Origin: the human T2T-CHM13v2.0 reference genome, Homo sapiens | Length of the DNA stretch: 64,000 bases | Strand: one strand, 5' to 3' | NCBI RefSeq assembly: GCF_009914755.1 | Contig: NC_060941.1 | Shown here: positions 59,170-64,000 of the stretch, piece after piece | Layout of the letters: each line of letters begins with the position of its first letter | Position numbering within the stretch: the first letter of the stretch is position 1 | Made by a program: the position numbers and the translations under genes | The notes under the pieces: model-generated | Told to the model about the DNA's origin: nothing | Databases searched by the model: none | The model's input: the letters and a program-made list of their open reading frames with translations, nothing else

Positions 59170-62078
59170 TCACTTGAGGCCAGGAGTTCCATACCAGCCT
59201 GGGCAACACAGAGAGACACCATCTCTACAAAAATTTTTAAAAATTAGCCAGGTGCAATGGCATGCACCTGCAGTCCCAGCTACTCGGGAGGCTGAGGCAG
59301 AAGGATCGCTTGAATCCAGGCGTTCAAGGCTGCAGTGAGCTATGAACACACTACTATACTCCAGCCTGGGCAAAAGAGTGAGACCCTCTCTCTTAAAAAA
59401 AAAAAAAAAAAAAAAAAAATCTGGCAGGGGGCAGTGATTCACGCCTGTAATCCCAGCACTTGGGGAGGCCAAGGTGGGCAGATCATTTGAGGTTAGGAGT
59501 TTGAGAACAGCCTTGCCAACGTGGCGAAACTAAACATCTAAAAATCTACTAAAAATACAAAAATTAGCCAGACGTGGTGGTGTGGTTTCACCATATTGGT
59601 CAGGCTGGTCTCCAACTCCTGACCTCAGGTGATCCGCCCACCTTGGCCTCCGAAAGTGCTGGGATTACAGGAGTGAACCACTGTGAACCCCCGCAGTAAA
59701 GCTGTTTTTATAAAAAGGCATACTGATAACCATAAAAAAAAGAGTGTTCCAGGAAAAGAAAAAAAAAAAACAGGCTGGGCAAGGGGCTCATGACTGTAAT
59801 CCCAACACTGGGAGGCCAAGGCAGGAGGATGGCTTGAGCCCAGGAGGTCAAGATCAGCCTGTGCAACCGAGGGAGACCCCCATTCTCCACAAAGAATTTT
59901 TAAAAATTAGCCGAACATGGTGGAGGGCACCTGTGGTCACAGCTACTTGGGAGGCTAAGGTGGGAGGGCTGCTTGACCCCGGGAGGTCAAGACTGCAGTG
60001 AGCCATGATCGCCACCACTACACTCCAGCCTGAACAGCAAAGCAACATCCTGTCTCAAAAAAGAAAAATAAAAAGAGCGAAGACTGTGAGATGAGAGCAT
60101 ACTTCGTTATTTCCAAAGAACAACAAGGAGACAAATTGTTGATGGAGAAAAGTGAGCAAGGTGGAGAGGAGTAACCAATGATGAAGGTTAAGGGAGTGGG
60201 ACCAGACTGTGCAGAGACATATAGGTGATTACCGACTTTCACCCTGAGTAAGATAAAAGCCACGAGGGGGAGAGAGAAATTGCGCACAGGAGTGACAATA
60301 TCTGACTTCCGGTTTGCTTTTTGTTTTGTTTTGTTTTTAATCAACAGCATTTGTGTTGTCTTGTTGAGAAGGCAGAAGCAAACAGATGAGGTAGAAGGTT
60401 ACTGTAATATTCCAGACAAATGATGATGCAGCTTGAAGAATGTGGTAACTGTGGCGATACAAAGCAGTCAAAATCAGGAAGTACTGTGAAGGTAGAGCCA
60501 ACGGGATGTGCCGTCAAATTGGATATGGGTGGAAAATAAAAAGAAGGGTCCAAGATAATGCCAAGGTTTTTTGCTGAACAACTAGAAAGATGAAGCTGCC
60601 ATTCACCGAGAAGGGAACTAATGCAGGAGGAGCAGGTTTTGGGGTGACAATAGGGAGTTCAGTTTCAGATCTGTTCAATCTGTGATGTGTATTTAACATG
60701 AAAACGGAGATGCCAAATAGGCACCGGCTAGACAAGTGTGAAGAGAACTTCTGGCTGGAGATGTAAACTCAAGAGGTGTGGGCCTTGAGACTGGATCAGT
60801 TCACCAAGGGAATAAGAGTAAAGAGAAGAGAAACAGTGCAAGGCCTGGGTTGTAGGCACTCAAACCTTCAGAGGTCACAGAGGTGAGGAGGGATCAGTCT
60901 TTACTGGAAAGGAGTAACCAGTGTGATAACAGGAGAATCGAGAGGAGAGGAGAGGGGCTGGGAGGGTGACTAACGCCTATAATCCCAGTACTTTAGGAGG
61001 CTAAAGTGGGAAGACTGCTTGAGCTCAAGAGTTCAAGACCAGCCTCAGCAACATAGCGAGACCTTGTTTCTACTAAAAATCAAACAGATTAGCTGGGTGT
61101 GGGGGCACACACCTGTGGTCCCAGCTACCCAGAAGGCTGAGCAGGGCGGACTGCCTCAGCCTGGAAGATCAAGGATGCAGTAAGCTATGATCGCGCCACT
61201 GCACTCCAGCCTGGGCAACACAGCGAGACCCTGTCTCAATGAAACAAACAAACAAAAACAAAAAGACAGGGGAGAGATATCCCAGAAGTCAAGTGAAGAC
61301 AGTTTTTTAAATAGGAAAGTATAATTAACTGTATCAAATGGTAGCGATAAGTCAAATATGATGACCCAAATTGACCTTTGAACTTAATGTCTTGATGGAC
61401 ACCAGTGATCTTCAAGAGTTACCATTTCACCCAGCAAAGGGTTGTTTCAGCAGCATTTAGGCTAAAAGCCTGAATGTAATGAGTTCAACGGAACAACCAT
61501 CATAGTAATAATTCATTCAGGGAAGAACCTTTAATAGATGTTAAAATGAGTGGGTGAAAGGTTGACAAGACCTAAGACATTCACATTATCTCCCCCCAAG
61601 ACACTTAACTACAAATGGAAAAAAAAAAAATCATACCTTTATAAGAGTGAAGAAATCTGGCAGAGACCTGCTTAACCTAGAATACGTGCTCCTGATGTGA
61701 TGCACCAAGAATGACACATCATTTCTGCAAGGTTTTTTTTTTTTTTTTTTTGTAGAGATAGGGTCTTGCCATGTTGCCCAAGCTAGTCTTGAACTCCTGC
61801 ACTCAGTGATCCTCCCACTTCGGCCTCCCACTAAGCCTCTGAATCTCATGCTGGGATAACAGGCATGAGCCACTGCACCTGGACGACTTCTGCAGTATTC
61901 TTGCTGAAAACGCACAAATCTCCAGTTTAATTTGTCTGCTGTTTCCTCATGATTAGATCCTAACCTGAGGGGCATCCTACGAAATAACTATTCTGTACTC
62001 TTTAAAAATATCAAGATCATAAGACAAAGGCTGAAGAACTATTTCAGATTAAAGAATACTAAAGAGACATTATAACTA

Positions 62079-62363
<285 letters not shown>

Positions 62364-62951
62364 TCAAAAAAAAAAAAAAAAAAAGGCAAAACAAACAACA
62401 ACAAAAAAAACAACTAAATGCAACATGTGATCCTGCATTAAATCCTGGACTAGAAATGTTGTTGTTGTTGTTGTTGTTATAATGGATGCCTTTAGGAGAA
62501 CTGATGGCAAAACTTAAAAAAGATCTGTAGGTTAAATAATTTATTGTACCAATATTAATTCTCTGATCATGATGATAGAGTATGATTATGTAAGAGAATG
62601 TCCTTGTTTTTAAGGAAATACACACTAAAATATGTCAAAGTAAAAGGACATATCTGCAACTTACTCCTAAATGGACCCAGAAAAAATATCTGAAAGAATT
62701 CCTGTATCCTCTTCACCCAGAATTCTCCAGTTTTCAAATGTGCATTTATGTTATTCTCAGAATGATAGTTTAGGAGATCTGTCATTATCAGAATAACATA
62801 AATATGCATTTAAAAACTGAAGAATCCAGCCAGGTGCGGTGGCTCAGGCCTGTAATCCCAGCACTTCGAGTGCCGAGGCGGGCGGATCACGAGGTCAGGA
62901 GATTGAGACCGTCCTGGCTAACACGGTGAAACCCCGTCTCCACTAAAATTA

Positions 62952-63161
<210 letters not shown>

Positions 63162-64000
63162 TCAAATATTGTTCCAACTTTTCTGTAAATTTTCAGTTAT
63201 TTCAAAGTAACGCTAAAAGAAGAAGAATGAGAGACAAAAAGTACAGATAACACTTTCAAGGAGTTTTTGCCATAAAAGGAAGTACACAAATGGCAAATGA
63301 GGCAGTAGCTAGAGGGTGATTTGTTTGTTTTTTGAGACAAAGTCTCCCTCTGTTGCCCAGGCCAGAGTTCACAGGCGCAATCTCGGCTCACTGCAATGTC
63401 TGCCTCCCAGGCTCAAGCAATTCTCCTGCCTCAGTCTCCTGATTAGCTGGGATTACAGGCATGCGTCACCACGCCCAGCTAATTTTTGCATTTTTAGTAA
63501 AGATGAGGTTTCGCCATGTTGGTCAGGCTGGTCTCGAACTCCTGGCATCAAATGATCTACCCATCTCAGCCTCCCAAAGTGCTGGGATTACAGATGTGAG
63601 TCACTGCACCCAGCCCTAGAGGGTGATTTTTTTTTTTTTTTTTTTTTTTTTTGAGACAGAGTTTCACTCTATCACCCAGGCTAGAGTGCAGAGGCGCGAT
63701 CTCGGCTCACTGCAACCTCTGCCCCGAGTTCAAGCGATTCTCCTGCCTCAGCCTCCTGAATGGCTGGGATTACAGGATTACAGATGCCTGCCACTGCGCC
63801 TGGCTAATTTTTGTATTTTTAATACAGACGGGGTCACCATCTTGGCCAGGCTGGTCTTAAACTCCTGACCTTGTGATCCACCCACCTTGGCCTCCCAAAG
63901 TGCTGGGATTACAGGCGTGAGCCATCACGCCTGGCCGAGGATGAAGTTTTGAGCCTGTATGCTGATGAAAATGATCCAACAAAAAGAGAGGCCAGGTGCA

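Overview
Primate (sequence matches human) genomic DNA from the ALOX15-PELP1 locus (human 17p13.2 by established gene order). Two spliced genes lie on the minus strand, and both run off the window. ALOX15 (arachidonate 15-lipoxygenase-1): promoter and coding exons 1-7 (5389 down to 854; 317 codons). PELP1 (rixosome scaffold / nuclear-receptor coregulator): coding exons 2-17 (55146 down to 35137; 3144 nt), with exon 1 beyond the right edge. All exon boundaries were read from the sequence and their phases join without frameshift. The rest is Alu-dense intron and intergenic DNA with L1/L2/MIR remnants, MaLR and ERV1 solo LTRs, a Tigger-family MITE and microsatellites. Most ORFs in the supplied track are Alu, L1 or antisense artefacts. 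I see no new multi-gene system. The best leads are regulatory or structural: (1) a solo LTR12 pointing at ALOX15 with its poly(A) signal apparently lost, plus a strong splice acceptor 25 nt before the ALOX15 ATG; (2) a promoter tandem duplication that multiplied STAT6 sites; (3) a decayed copy of PELP1 exon 16 inside intron 13; (4) PELP1 intron 9, one base short of a fully open reading frame; (5) inverted Alus flanking the in-frame exon 4-5 block. Repeat subfamily names and boundaries are by eye and approximate.
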